A stretch of DNA of 64,000 nucleotides from the human T2T-CHM13v2.0 reference genome, Homo sapiens, in NCBI RefSeq assembly GCF_009914755.1, contig NC_060929.1. One strand, given 5' to 3'. A program made the position numbers and the translations under genes. The notes beneath the pieces are model-generated. The model made no database searches. It had not been told where the DNA came from and saw only the letters and a list, made by a program, of their open reading frames with translations. Position 1 is the stretch's first letter, and every line of letters begins with the position of its first letter. Below are positions 24,728 to 38,824 of this stretch, piece after piece.

Positions 24728-25768
24728 TGTATTAATTTTCTATTTCTGCCATAACAAATTTTCACAAACTTAGTGGCTTGTAATACATATTTGTATTCCC
24801 AAGTGTTTGCAATAGCCGAAAGATAGAAGGAACCCAAGTATTCATTGATGTGTGAATAAACAAAAAGTAGTATGTGTACATTTAAATATAATGGAATGTA
24901 CATATGTATGTATGTATGTATATATATGAATAGAAATATTATTCAGCCTTAAAAAGGAAGGAAATTCTGACACATGCTACAACATGATTGAACATTGAGG
25001 TCATTGTGCTAAGTAAAGTAAGGCAGTCATAAAAAGACAAAGACTATATGCTTCCACTTACATGAAGTATCTAAAGTAGCCATATTCACAGAGGCAGAAA
25101 GTGGAATGGTGGTTGGCATGGGCTTTGGGGAGGGGAAAATTGAAGTTGTTGTTTAATGGGTACAGAGTTTCAGTTTTGTGAGATGAACAGAGTTCTGGAG
25201 ATTGGTTGCACAATGATGTGAATGTACATAACACTACTGAATTATACGTTGAAAATTGGGTAAGATAGTAAATTTAATGTTAAGTATATTTTACTGCAAT
25301 TAAAAATTAAAAAAATATAAAGCATCATTCAAACACACACAATTTTCTTTTCTTCCAGTTCTATAGGTTGTAAGTCCAACATGTGTCTTTTTGGGCAAAA
25401 TCAAAGTAGTAACGAGGCCATGTTTCTTGCTGGAGGCCCAACTGAAGAATCTGTCTCTTCTAGAAACAGTTTATTGAGACCTTTATATTTCTTGGTATGT
25501 CCTCTTTCCTCCATCTTTAAACCACCAAAGGTGGTTCAATTATGTTGAATCTCTCCAATTGGCTGCAGCTGAACAAAATTCTCCACTTTTAATGACCTAC
25601 GTGATTAGATTGGTTTCACCTGGATAATCCAGACTCTCTCTATCTCAGGGTCTGTACTCTTAATCACAATCTGTAAATAAGCCTCCTTCACAATGTAAGG
25701 GAACGTATTCACAGGTTCCAAGGATTAGAGTCAGAAATATTTGAGGAGCCAGCACTTTACCTGCCACT
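24728..25768 (-). mobile_element. MLT1 (D/E-like) MaLR LTR split by an L1MB 3' end
   Basis: tgtattaattttctatttctgccataacaaatt..cacaaacttagtggctt, resuming at ~25330 with cagttctatagg; gattagattgg..cacctggataatccag; attcacaggttccaaggattag. Confidence 0.82.
24790..25320 (+). mobile_element. L1MB 3' end inserted in the MLT1 LTR
   Basis: aaaaggaaggaaattctgacacatgctacaacatg...gtttaatgggtacagagtttcagtttt...gttctggagattggttgcaca. Confidence 0.9.
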
Positions 25769-26376
25769 GTTAAGTCAGAAGACAGTGTGGGTAATAAGCA
25801 TCTGTTTTGCTTCTTCGTCAAAGATACATATAATTAGCATGACTTATCACTGTTGATGTTGACCTTGATCACCTAGCTGATATATATAGAACTTGCCATT
25901 TTTCTCCACTGTTAGTTATTTTTTCCTGTATCCATACTGTACTCTTTGGAAGAAAGTCACACTCCGTACTTAATAGGTGGGGAGTTATATGCTCCATCTC
26001 CTTGAGGGCAAAATAGCAACATGTATTACTTGAAATTCTTCTTAATGGAACATTTGTCTCTTCTCTCTCAATTATTTATTTATTAAATCATTAATTTATA
26101 TTGGGTAGGACTCATGAATATTTATTTTTTAGGATATAATTCAATACTATTTTATATATTTTTTCATAAAAATTGCTCCAGCTTTGGCTATTGGAGCTCT
26201 TTCATTTGGCTCAAATGTCCCTTTGACATATTCCCAACAATTTGGTTTGTTTGTTTTGGAGCATTTTCTTTTTTTCTGTCACTACAAAATGCTCAAAGCT
26301 CATGCTACCTATTTTTCTGCCTTCCTTCTAGACTCAGCAATTTCTCCAAGAAGCATGGGTTTCTTTTGTTGGAGAA

Positions 26377-26759
26377 GGATATGATTTGGCTGCATCCTCA
26401 CCCATAATCTCATCTTGAATTGTAATCCCCATAATCCCCATGGGTCAAGGGAGAGACCAGGTGGAAGTAGTAATAATCAAATCAGGGGGCAGTTTCTCCC
26501 ACACTGTTCTCGTGATAGTGAGTGAGTTCTCACGAGATCTGATGGCTGTATCAATGTTTTGTAGTTCCTCCAGAATTCATTGTTCTTCCTGCCACCCTGT
26601 GAAGAAGGTGTCTTGCCTCCCCTGTGCCATCTGCCAGGATTGTAAGATTCTTAACTGCTCCCCAGCCATGCTGAAATGTGAGTCAATTAAACCTCTTTCC
26701 TTTATAAATTACCCAGTCTCAGGCAGTTCTTTATAGCAGTGTGAAAACGGACTAATACA
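26377..26759 (+). mobile_element. THE1 (THE1D-like) solo LTR
   Basis: gatatgatttggctg...gtgagtcaattaaacctctttcctttataaattacccagtctcagg...ggactaataca; TSD gagaa/gggaa. Confidence 0.93.
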
Positions 26760-27271
26760 GGGAATGATATTAAAAACCAAAATCTAGATGCTATGTGGAT
26801 TAACTACTACTTGAATGTCGTTTCTTCTAGGTCCTCTTATCTGACACAGCAAGGGAATATATGTATGCATACATACAAGCACAACACACATTTATATAAA
26901 TATTTTTGCATATCCCCACTTGTATCAATATTAAGCTAAATTTGAGTTTGTACTGATGTCTTTAACTCTAATTCATACCCACTATGTACATCTTTCTAGG
27001 CTACACTTGTTGCTTATTTGTAACCTCCCACACCAAGACTGAAAAATCTGACTCCCATCATCCATACATTTATTTTCAGTATACATATATAGAGGTATCA
27101 GAATTCTTAGCCTGTACCCTTGTGGGAAATATCTTTATCAACTGGAGTGTAGAATTTAGGTACAGCTTCTATTGCCCTTAGCCTTACACACTCTGCTCAT
27201 TTTTGAAGTAATTTGTCAGCACTCTTTTCCCCTCACACATTCAATTAGATTGTTTCTTACATTTGCAATAG

Positions 27272-27607
<336 letters not shown>

Positions 27608-28871
27608 AGAGTTCTATGCTTAATGTCTTATATCCAATATTTCTGTAACATGAAGTATAGTTTTACCACCTGAAAATTTACTTGTTCTTCATCTATTCAA
27701 TCGTCTTCCCCTCATACACTGCAATTGATATCTGTATGGTTACTATAGCTTTTTCTCATTCAGAATGTCATACATTTGGACATTATGTAGCATTTTAAGA
27801 CTGGCTTCTTTCATTTAGCAGTATGCATTTAAGAGTCTTTCATGTTTTCTTTTTTATGACTCAATTAGCTCATTTTCTTAGTCAAAAACCTGAGTTCATT
27901 GTATGGATGTGCTGCAATTTGTTTATTCACACAAATATTCAGGAGCAGGTTTTTGTGGTGGGCATGTTTTCAAATCAGTTGGATATATACATAGGAGTAC
28001 AAATCTCAGAGTGTGTGGTAAAATTGTTTAGCTGTGTAAGAAACTTGCAAACTGTTATCCAAAGTGGTTGCACCAGTATGCATTTCCATCAGCAATGAAT
28101 GAGAGTTACTTTTATTCCACATCCTCACCAGCAATTGGCATTGTCAGATATTTGGATTTTAATCATTGTACTAGGTGTGTAGTGTTATGTCAGTTTTGTT
28201 TTAATTTTCAATCATCTGATGCCAAACTATGCTGAGCATCATTTTACATGTGCTTACTTGCCATCTACATATCTTCTTATTGAGATGTTTTGATCTTTTG
28301 CACATTTTAAAATGTGTTGTTTGTTTTCTTATTGTTCAGTTGTAAGACCTCTTTGCATGTATTACATACAAGTGATTTGCCATGTATATGTCTCGTAAGT
28401 ATTTTCTTCTACTTCTGGTTAATATTTAATTTTTTAAGTGTCCTTCGCAGAGCAGAAATGTTTAATTTTCACTTATAAATTTTTTCTTTCATAGATCATG
28501 CTTTTTTATATATATGTAAAAATTCTTTACTAAGCCCAATGTTATCTCATTTTCTCCAACATTTTCTTTTAGAAGTTAGAGATTTTATAGTTTTACATTT
28601 TATATTTAGATCTATGATCCATTTTCAGGTTTTTGTGTGTGTGTGAAAGGTAACAGGTCTGCTACATGATGATGAACATGGTCTCTTCTTCCTCCTCCTA
28701 CTCCTTTTTTTTTTTTTTTTAATATGGGCATCTGATATGTTTCAGTACCATCTATTGAAAAGACTACCATTTTTCCATTGAATTGATTGCACTTCTTTGT
28801 TCTTTTGTATATAAATATATTCAACTAATTTTTATATAATAAAATGAATTTAAATTTAAATAATATATGTG

Positions 28872-28873
<2 letters not shown>

Positions 28874-28911
<38 letters not shown>
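28874..28911. repeat. (TG)~18 microsatellite
   Basis: Direct read. Confidence 0.95.
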
Positions 28912-28913
<2 letters not shown>

Positions 28914-29971
28914 CCTCTTCCCCTAGGGTCTTGTACTCTATATAAGTGATCTATGTTTATTCTTTCAATGGTACCTTGCTGTCAGGTTTACTATAGCTTT
29001 ATTGTATGCTGTAAACTCTATCCTAAAATTTTGTTTTTCTTTAGTATTGTGATGGCTATTGTAGATCTTTTTTGTTTTTTCATATAAACTTTAGAATCAG
29101 TTTGTCAACATCAACAAAATAGCTTGCTGGCATTTTGATTGGGATAGCATGGATATGTAAGTCATTCTGAAAATAATTGACACACCAATATTGAATCTTC
29201 TCTCCATTAACAAATAATGTCTCCATTTATATAGATCCTTGATTTCTTTTACTTTTTGGAGTAAAAAAAAGTGGAGCTCTTTTTGTAGTTCCACATATAG
29301 ATTATTTCCTCATTTTGTTAGATCTATATCTATTTTATATTACGTTCTATTGTAAATAGTATTAATTTTAAATTTCCTCTTCCAATTGATCCTTGATAAT
29401 ATAGAGAAAATCAATACATTTTTGTATATTGATCTTCTGTCCTATGACTTTGGTATGCTCACTTATTAGTCCCATCAGTTTCTTGTTGCTTCTTTGGGAT
29501 TTTCTGTATAGACAATCATGTCATCTGTTAAGGGTAAAATATATGAAAACAATAGCAGTAATAAATAATCAAACTGAAACATAGGGACTGATGATATATA
29601 TTGATGGAAAAGATATTAAATTACTGCTTATTATATTCAATGAAATACAATGTATATTGAAAATTTAATCAGTGTCCTGGAAATGTTAAAATAAACATAA
29701 TCTAATGACAATTATAAAAGTAAAGACAAACCAGAAATAAGCTAGTGGGAATGTCAGAAGAGAGTAGACACAGCTGAAAAAGAAATTAGTAAACTAGAAG
29801 TTAATTTAGTAGAAAGTGTACTGAATGAAGAATGAAGAGAATTGAAAAATCTAGGATACATGATAAAATAGACATAAAGGATACTGTGAAAATGTCCAAC
29901 ATATAAGGGGAAAAAAAGGAATATAGATAATAGAGCAGGCTCATTAATTAAAGATAATCATGAATAAGAAT

Positions 29972-30348
29972 TGTATAGTCTACTAGGAATGCCATAACAA
30001 AATACAACAGATTGGGTGGGTTAAATGACAAATGTATTTTCCCAGTTCTGGAGTCTGGAAGTTCAAGATCATGGTGCTGGCAGGGTTGACGTCTCATGAG
30101 GTCTCTGTCCTTAGCTTGCACACAGCTACCTTCTTGCTGTGTCCTCAGGTAGCCCTTTCTCTGGGTGTGTGCATACATGATTCCTTTTCCTTTTCTTATA
30201 AGGACTCTAGTCCTATTGGATTAGGGTCCCATTCTTAACACTCATTTAACCTTAATTACTTCTTTAAAGACCCTATCTCCAAATATAGTCACATTGGGTG
30301 TTAGGGCTTCAACACATTGATTTTGTGAAGACACAATTCACTCCATAT
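29972..30348 (-). mobile_element. MLT1A/B-type MaLR solo LTR
   Basis: gccataacaaaatacaacagattgggtgg..cagttctggagtctggaagttcaagatca..cttataaggac..ccctatctccaaatatagtcacatt. Confidence 0.88.
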
Positions 30349-31777
30349 TAAAACTTTACAAAAGTGTTAAAAATTATACTATAACTTCAAGAAATTGTGT
30401 ATAAATACTCAATAACATGGTCATTTAAATTCATCTACAATATTAATATCATTATTAATGTATAATAATGATATTAAGTATAAATAAGTGAAGTCATCAG
30501 TGAAAAGACAATGATTGCTAGCTGTATGTAAAATAGAAATCAAACAATATACTACTTATAAACAAGTAATTTAAAATAGAAGTTTACAGAAAGTGTAGAA
30601 AATGGAAAATAATATACTTAAAAATACCAACCAAAAGAAAGCCCATGAAACTGTGTTGAGAGAATTCAAGAAACGAATGTAAGTACATCACATATAAAGG
30701 TGACACTTCATCTTGATGAAGAATTAAATCCATAGATTTTAAAGCTATTAAAATCTTTATATAATTTATAATATAGTATTAAAATGTATATAAAAATTAT
30801 AGATCTAAATGGAAAAATAGACAAATTCACAACTGTAATGGAATATTTTAATTACTGATAGAATAGTAGATATATATTTAGAAACAATATATAAACTTTG
30901 AACAGCATCATTAATAAATTAATTTACGTATATAGAATTCTGTGTCCAACAACAGCAGAGTGCACACTCTTTTCAAACACATATGGGCTTTTCACAGAAA
31001 TGACTACATGTTAGCATATTTCAATCATTTTTAAAATACTGAATTTATACAGAGTATATTCTCTAAATGCATTACCTTTAATCTAGAAACACATTTCCTA
31101 TGAGTTTAGAAATAAAGAAATATATGTCTAAATAACACATGGATCAAAAAGTTATCACAGTGGCAATTTGAAAATGCTTGGAGTCAAATAATAATGAAAA
31201 TACAACAAATCAAACCTCTGAGCTCAACTAAATCCATCCTTAGAGAAACACTATTGCTCTAATTAAATATTTTAGGCATAAATAAATACTAAAAACAAAT
31301 GGGCTCTCTGAGGAAAACAAAAAAATACTGACTATGCAAGGAATGTAGAAGAACAAAAATAATGAAAATTAGAATTAATAAAATACAACACAAATATGCA
31401 ATAAAAGTAAAAGACTAGTCAAAAAAGGGATAAGAAACAAATAATTGGATTTAGGAATGACAAGAGGAACATTGCTCCAAATTCTATAGCATTTTGTTTT
31501 AATTATTCAAACAAATCAACAGTTTTAAGTGAATAAACTACAAAGTATACATGATATGGGCAAATCAAAGGCATGTTAAAGTTTATGAAACTGGCTCAAA
31601 AAGGGATAGGAAATCTTCATGTACCTATAACTATTAAATAAATTAAATTAGTTATTAATAAAGCAATCTCACCATGCTATCTATAAGCCTGTATAGGTTC
31701 ACTAGCAAATTCAAACAAAAATGTATTATTAAAAATTGTAATTTTTGCCAAACTCTTCCAGAAAATTTGTTAAAAAT

Positions 31778-32097
31778 AATTGGAAATCATCATTCTCAGT
31801 AAACTATCACAAGAACAAAAAACCAAACACTGCATATTCTCACTCATAAGTGGGAATTGAACAATGAGAACACATGGACACAGGAAGGGGAACATCACAC
31901 TCTGGGGACTGTTGTGGGGTGGGGGGAGGGGGAGGGATAGCTTTAGGAGATATACCTAATGCTAATTGACGAGTTAATGGGTGCAGCACAACAGCATGGC
32001 TCATGTATACATATGTAACTAACCTGCACATTGTGCACATGTACCCTAAAACTTACAGTATAATAATAATAAAATAAAATAAAATAAAATAAAAAGA
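31778..32097 (+). mobile_element. Young L1PA (L1PA3-like) 3' end with (TAAAA)n tail
   Basis: tggaaatcatcattctcagtaaactatc...ggggtggggggagggggagggatagc..ggagatatacctaatgcta..gtaccctaaaactt; very close to the L1Hs 3' UTR. Confidence 0.95.
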
Positions 32098-34155
32098 AAT
32101 TTAATAAAGGATTCCAGAAAACTGTTTATTATTAGAAAACATTTTAAGAAAGGAAGATTATAAACTAATACTATTAACAAGCATGGACATACAGATCTTA
32201 AAATATTACAAAATCAAATTCAGAAAAGATAATATATAGGGTAATGTATGATGAAAAGTTTGAATTTATTTCAATAGCATAAGGTCAGCATGATGTTAGA
32301 AAATCATGTAATATAATTCATCACATTATATATAGGAAATAATATCTAGTAATTTTAATCGTTGCAGAAAGGCTTATTTTTGATAAAAATAAGCATATAT
32401 GATGTTTTAAAAACTGTAAAACAGAATACAAGATAATGTCATTAATCTGATAAAGTGTATCTACATAAATTACAAATATCCCTATTATGTTTAATAATAA
32501 CATCTTGAAAACTTTTCTTTTAAAATTGGAAATAAAACAATTTGACTCTCTCACCACTTCTATTTAACATTGAATTGGCATCACCAATCAGTAGAACAGG
32601 CAAGAAAAATAAAGGGTATGTATTAGAAGGGAATAAATACAAGATTTATTATTTGCAGATATTACGACTATACATATTAAAAAATCAAAATAATCTGACA
32701 AATTATTGAAAGGAATAAATGAGATTAGCATGTTTCTCAGGAAAAAGTTGAATATGTCAATCATTTGTGTTACCATGCACAAATAAAAATTGTTAGAAAT
32801 TTTTTAAACAAAATACCATTTATAATTACATCAAATGCCATCAAATGTATAGAATCAAATCTAACAAAATTTTTGCAAGACTTCTATGCAAAGACATATA
32901 AAACAGTGGAAAGAAGAAAACCTAAATAAGTAGGTGAACATTAACTATAAAGATATCAATTATCCTCATTCATCTATTCATACAATGTGATACAAATCAA
33001 AATCTCAACAGATTTTATTGAAGAGATTCAAAAATTAATTCTACAACTTATACAAAAATATAAAGAGTCAATCATAGTGAAGATTCTTAAAGAACTAGGT
33101 CAGACTATTGGTTCTATTGGATGTCAAAACTTGCTGGAAAACATAGAAATGCCTAGTCGACTAGAATAGAACAATTAGGCAATGAGAGAGAATCTGACCC
33201 ATTCATGTATAAGAGTTGATTTATAACAAAGTCATCACTTCAGGACAGTGATGAAACATTCTTTTAATAAATGTCGCTAGAAACATTGTATTTTCATGTG
33301 GAAAAAAAAGAGACTTATCACATATAGTATACCCAGATTTCAATGTCAGTTGCATTGTAGACATTTGTGAAAGAGTAAACAATAAAATCCGTAGGTGATA
33401 ATAGAGGAAAATGTAATGAACTATGAAAGAGAAAGAATCCTCAAATGTGAGAGCAAGGGTATTTACCCTTAAAGAAAGATAGCTTATTTGAACAACATTA
33501 AAACTAAAAACTTGTTTCATTAAAAACACCAATAAGTGAGAGAAATGGCAAGCCAGAGAGTAAAAGATAGATACAAAACATGTGATTAATAACACACATT
33601 TTAAAAACATTAAAACATCAAATTTGACAAAATGAAAAAGAAATTTAAATATTAAGTTCAATAGATACAAAATCCAATGTCTGGTGACTACATAAATAGC
33701 TGCTCAATGTTATTCATAATCTAGAAAATACAAAATAAAACCCAAATGAGAATCTACTATATAGATGAGTAAACTTAAATACTGATAGCACTAAGTGTTT
33801 GTGACAGTGTAGCAGTGGAAATAATCATATACTGCTGATGGGAGTGGATACAAGTACAACTAATTTGGATTATAGTTTGGCATCATCTAGCAAAAATCAG
33901 GTTCCACGTATCCTATGAGAAAGTAACTATACTCCTGGAAATTAACAAAAATGAAATTATTATATATTTTCTAAGTGGCATAATAAGAACATTCATAATA
34001 TTTTTGTATTATACCCCAAACAGGAAACAAAATAATGGTCAACAGAGAATCAGATATATTCATAAACTATGGTATTTTCACCATCTAATACTATAATAAA
34101 AATGAAAATATTTCTACCAAACACAACAAGGTGAATGAATGTCACAACACATTTT

Positions 34156-34956
34156 AAAAAATTGTACTTTGTAATGGACACAGTATGCTACAGTGTGATG
34201 TTTCAATACATATGCATATTGCATAATGATCACATCAGGGTAGTCAGCATGTCCACCAAGTTAAAGGTTAAACCTTAAGCATTTCTTTGTGGTGATAACT
34301 TTCCATATCCTCTTCTCTAGCTATATTGAAATATACAATACATTGTTATTAGTTGTGTTTACTCTACTACATAATAAAACCCAAAAACTTATTTCTATCT
34401 AACTATACCTTTGTACTTGTTGATCAACATCTCCCTATTCGAACCACTGGCCTCTGGTAACCACTATGCTTTCTCTACTTTTATGAGATCAACTTTCCAA
34501 ATATGAATTCACATATGATGCCGCATATGAATGAGTTTATGTAGTATTCATCTTTTTCTGTTGTTTATTTTATTTAACATAATGTCCTCTAAGTGCATCC
34601 ATGTTACCCTAAATAACAGGATTGATTGTATTTTGATAGCTAATAAATGGAAATATTTCATTGTGTAGATATACCACATTTTCTTTATACATGCATCTGT
34701 TGGTAGACATTTAGGTTGATTCTATATCTTGGCTATTGTGAGTAATGCTGTGACAAGCATATCTCTTTGATATACTGATTTCAATACTTTTGGGTATATA
34801 CCCTGTAATGAGATTGCTGGATTATGTATTTAATAGTAGTTCTATTTTTAATTTTTTGAGGAACCTCAATACTCCTTTCCATAATGACTGTACTAATTTA
34901 CATTCCCACTACTGTTGTGTAAGAGTTCCCCTTTCTCCATATTCTCACCAGTATTT
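34156..34956 (-). mobile_element. L1MA (~MA5-MA8) 3' end
   Basis: Antisense L1MA 3' UTR; TSD acaacacatttt at 34144-34155 and 34957-34968. Confidence 0.9.
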
Positions 34957-36039
34957 ACAACACATTTTTTTAAGGAAAGAGAATAAAGTCAAAGGATTCT
35001 ATTTATTTAGTGTCAAAAATCAACAGCATTAATTTTGATACGTGATAAGTGTGTGTATAAGTGTAGAAAACAGAAAATAACTAAGTGGTTGCCATAAAGT
35101 TCAGGATAGTAATTGTATTTACAGGATACAGAGGACGTCATGATTTGGAAAGGATTTGAGGAGAGGAGTGCTGAAAATGTTCTATTTTTTGACCTCGGTG
35201 AAAATCATACAAGTCTCACTCTGGGATGACTTATCAATTTCTACATTTACATTTTATAAACTTTTCTACATGCGTAGTACATTTCACATTAAAAACAATT
35301 TAGGTACTTGAATAAAACTGGGAATTTCCAGTATGAGTAAATGTCAGAAATGAAGAAACTATAGAAAATACCTAGGTAAATTTGGGCAAAACAGAATTTC
35401 AAAAAATAAAAATGATGATGTAATTATAAGTTTAGGCATAGCTGCAATAAAACTAAAATATGGGAAAAAAGATCCTGAGGAATCTATCTCGAATGCAGTG
35501 CAGAGTAAGATAGGCACAGAAACCATGCAAAAGAGATTAGGAACTATGGAGGATACTATGAAAAGAAGAGGAGAAAGAAAATAGGAAAGAAGTATTATCA
35601 GAGAAGTTTCCAGAACTAATAGATGAAAGACAGTAATCCTCCAATTCAGAAATCCCAGTGAATCCCAAGTCATTAAATAGAAAAGAATTCATATGCAGGG
35701 AATATGACCACTACAGAAAAATCCTAAAAGTGTCAAAAATTTAAGAGATCTTTCTAGATTAGATATAGATATGGATCTAGATAGATATACAATTAGACTG
35801 ACAATTATAATTTCTTAAAGGCTAAAATTGTTTCACTGTACAAGTTGCTAAGATATATGATAAAATTATATAGAAATGAATGCCAATAATATGTAAAATT
35901 CAGTATAGTCATTTTCTCAAAAGTCAGAGAGGCAATGGATTGAGGTGTGTCAATAGGGACTACAAAGATAATGGTTATGACTTATTACATATATATGTAC
36001 ACGTGTGTGTGGGTGTGTGTTTGGGGGCACGTGGTGTGT

Positions 36040-38824
36040 TTTTTTTTTTAATTTCAATAGCTTTTGGGGTACAAGTGGTTTTTGGTTACATGGATAAATT
36101 GTGTAATGGTGAAGTCTGAGATTTTAGTGCACCCATCATCTGAATAGCGAATGTTGTACTCAATAAGTAGTTTTCATCCCTCATCCCCTTCCCACCCTCC
36201 CCACTTTTGAGTCTCCAAAGTCCATTACATCACTCTGTATGTCTTTGCATATTCATAGCTTAACTCCCATTTACAGATAAGAACACACAGTATTTGTTTT
36301 TCCATTTCTGAGTTATTTCACTTGGAATAATGGCCTCCAACTACATCCAAGATGCTGCAAAATACATTATTTAATTCTTTTTTATGTCTGAGTAGTATTC
36401 CATGACACACTATACCACATTTTCTTTATCCACTCATCAGTTGATGGGTGCTTAGGTGCGTCCCATATCTTTGCAATTGTGAATTGTGCTGTGATAAACA
36501 TTCACATACAGTTGTCTTTTTTTATATAATGACATATTTTTCTTTGGGTATACAATGCAGTAATGAGATTGCTGGATAGAATGGTAGACATATTTTTAGT
36601 TCTTTAAGAAATCTCCATACTTTTTCCGTAGAGATTGTACTAATTTATATTCCCAACAGCAGTGTATAAGAATTCTCTTTTTACCATATCCATGCCAACA
36701 TCTATTGTTTTTTAACCTTCAATCAGGGACGAATCTGGCTGGAGTAAGGTGGTATCTTACTGTGGTTTTAATTTGATTTACCCTGATGATTAGTGATGTT
36801 GAGCATTTTCATATGTTTGTTGGTCATTTATTTATCTTCTTTTGAGAAATGTCTATTCGTGTCATTTGCCCATTTCTGATGAGATTTTTGTTTTTCTCTT
36901 GCTGATTTGTTTGAGTTCCTTGTAGATCCTGGATAGTAGTCCTTTGTGGATGTACAGTTTACAAATATTTTCTTTCTGTTTTTAATTTTTTAATTTTTGT
37001 GGGTACATAGTACATGCATATATTTATGGGGTACATGAGATGTTTTGATACAGGCATGCAACGCGTAATAATCACATCATGGAAGATGGGGTATCTATCC
37101 CTGCAAGGATTTATCTTTTGTGTTACAAGCAATCCAATTATACTTTTAGTTATTTTAAAATGTACAATTAAAATATTATCAACTAAAGTCACCCTGTTCT
37201 ATCAAATACTAGACCTCATTCATTCATTCTATCTTTTTTACCCATTAATCATCTCTGCCTCCTTCCCTCCCCAGCCCCCACTACCTTTCCTAGCATCTGG
37301 TAACCATCCTTCTACTCTCACTCTCCATAGGTTTGATTATTTTGATTTAAGTCCCACAAATATGTGAGAATGCATGATGTTTGTGTTTCTGTGCCTGGCT
37401 TATTTCACTTAACATAGCGACCTCCTATTCCATCCATGTTGTTGCAAATGACTGAATTTTATTCTTTATTTATGGGTGAATAGTACACCATTGTATATAA
37501 GTACCACACTTTCTTTATCCAATTCTCTGTTGATGAACACTTAGGTTGCTCCCAAATCTTGGCTATTGTGAGCAGAGCTGCAACAAACAAGGAAATGCAT
37601 ATAACTCTTGGGCATATTGATTTTCTCTCTTTTAGGAATGTACCCAGCAGTGGGATACTCAGATCATATGATAGTTCTGTTTTTAATTTTTGGAGAAACT
37701 TCCAAATTGTTCTCCATAGTGGTTGTACTAAATTACATTCCCACCAACAGTGTGGTAGTGTTCCCTTTCTCCACATCCTTGCCAGCATTTGTTAGTTTGC
37801 AAATATTTTTCTCCCATTTTGTGGGGTTTTTGTTTACTCTGATGATGACTTCTTTTGCTGTGTAGAAACTTTTTAGTTCAATTAAGTCCCAATTATTTAT
37901 TTCTATTTTTGTTGCATTTGTTTTTGGGGTCTTAGTCATAAATTCTTTGCCTAGATCAATGGTTCAGAAGAGTTTTCCTAGGTGTTCTGATGTTTTTGTG
38001 GGTTTAGATCTTGGATTTAAGTCTTTGTTCTATCTTGAGTTGATTTTTGTATACAGTGAGAGGTGGTGATCCAGCTTCATTCTTCTACATATGGCTATCC
38101 AGTTTACCCAGCACCATTTATTTAATCGGGTGTCCTTTCCCCAATTTGTGTTTTTGTATGCTTTGTTGAAGATCAGTTGGTTGTAAGTATTTGACTTTAT
38201 TTCTAGATTCTCTGTCCTGTTCCATTGGTCTATATATCTACTTTTATACCAGTACCATGCTGTTTTGGTAACTATATGATTGTAACATAATTTGAAGTCC
38301 GGTAATATGATGCCTCCAGATTTTTTTTCCTTAGAATTATTTTGGCTATTTGGGCTCTTTGTTGTTTCCATATAAATTTTAGGATTATTTATTCTAATTC
38401 AGTGAAAAATGCTTTTGGCATTTTGATAAAAATTGCATAGAATCTGTAGATAATTTCAGACATATGGTCTTTTTCATGATATTGATTCTTCCAATCCATG
38501 GGTATGGGATATATTTTCATTCTTTTGCATCATCTGTGATTTCTTTCAGCAGTGTTTGGTAGTTCTTGTAGAGATCTTTCACCTCCTTGGTTAAGTATAT
38601 TTTTGTTTGTTTGTTTGTTTGTTTGTTTGTCTCTTTGCTTTTTCTTGTAACTTTTGTAAAAGAGATTGAGTCCTTGATTTGATTCTCAGCTTTGACACTG
38701 TTGGTGTATAGGGTTTTTTAGGTATATAATCAAATCATCAGCAAGTAGAGACAGTTTGACTTCTTTTCCAATTTGGATGCCTCTTATCCCTTTCTCTTGT
38801 CTGATTCCTCTGGCTAGGACTTCC
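36040..38824 (-). mobile_element. L1PB (PB2/PB3-like) 3' part, interrupted by an L1MA1/2-like element
   Basis: tttcaatagcttttggggtacaagtggtttttggttacatgga 3' end; ORF 38030..38371 [24 protein letters not shown]. Confidence 0.92.
36972..37793 (-). mobile_element. L1MA1/L1MA2-like 3' end nested in L1PB
   Basis: ttttgtgggtacatagta..tatttatggggtacatgagatgttttgatacaggcatgcaa; TSD agttt(a/g)caaatatttt at 36956-36971 and 37794-37809. Confidence 0.9.

Larger units (their letters stand above)
29540..35990 (+). mobile_element. Highly decayed L1ME-type element(s) with ORF1-like, ORF2 and 3' UTR pieces, hosting MLT1, L1PA3-like and L1MA insertions
   Basis: gtagacacagctgaaaaagaaattagtaaactagaag (ORF1-like); ccaacaacagcagagtgcacactcttttcaaac (EN region); ttatttgcagatattacgac (FADD region); gaaaatgttctattttttgacctcggtg (3' UTR). 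Confidence 0.72.
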
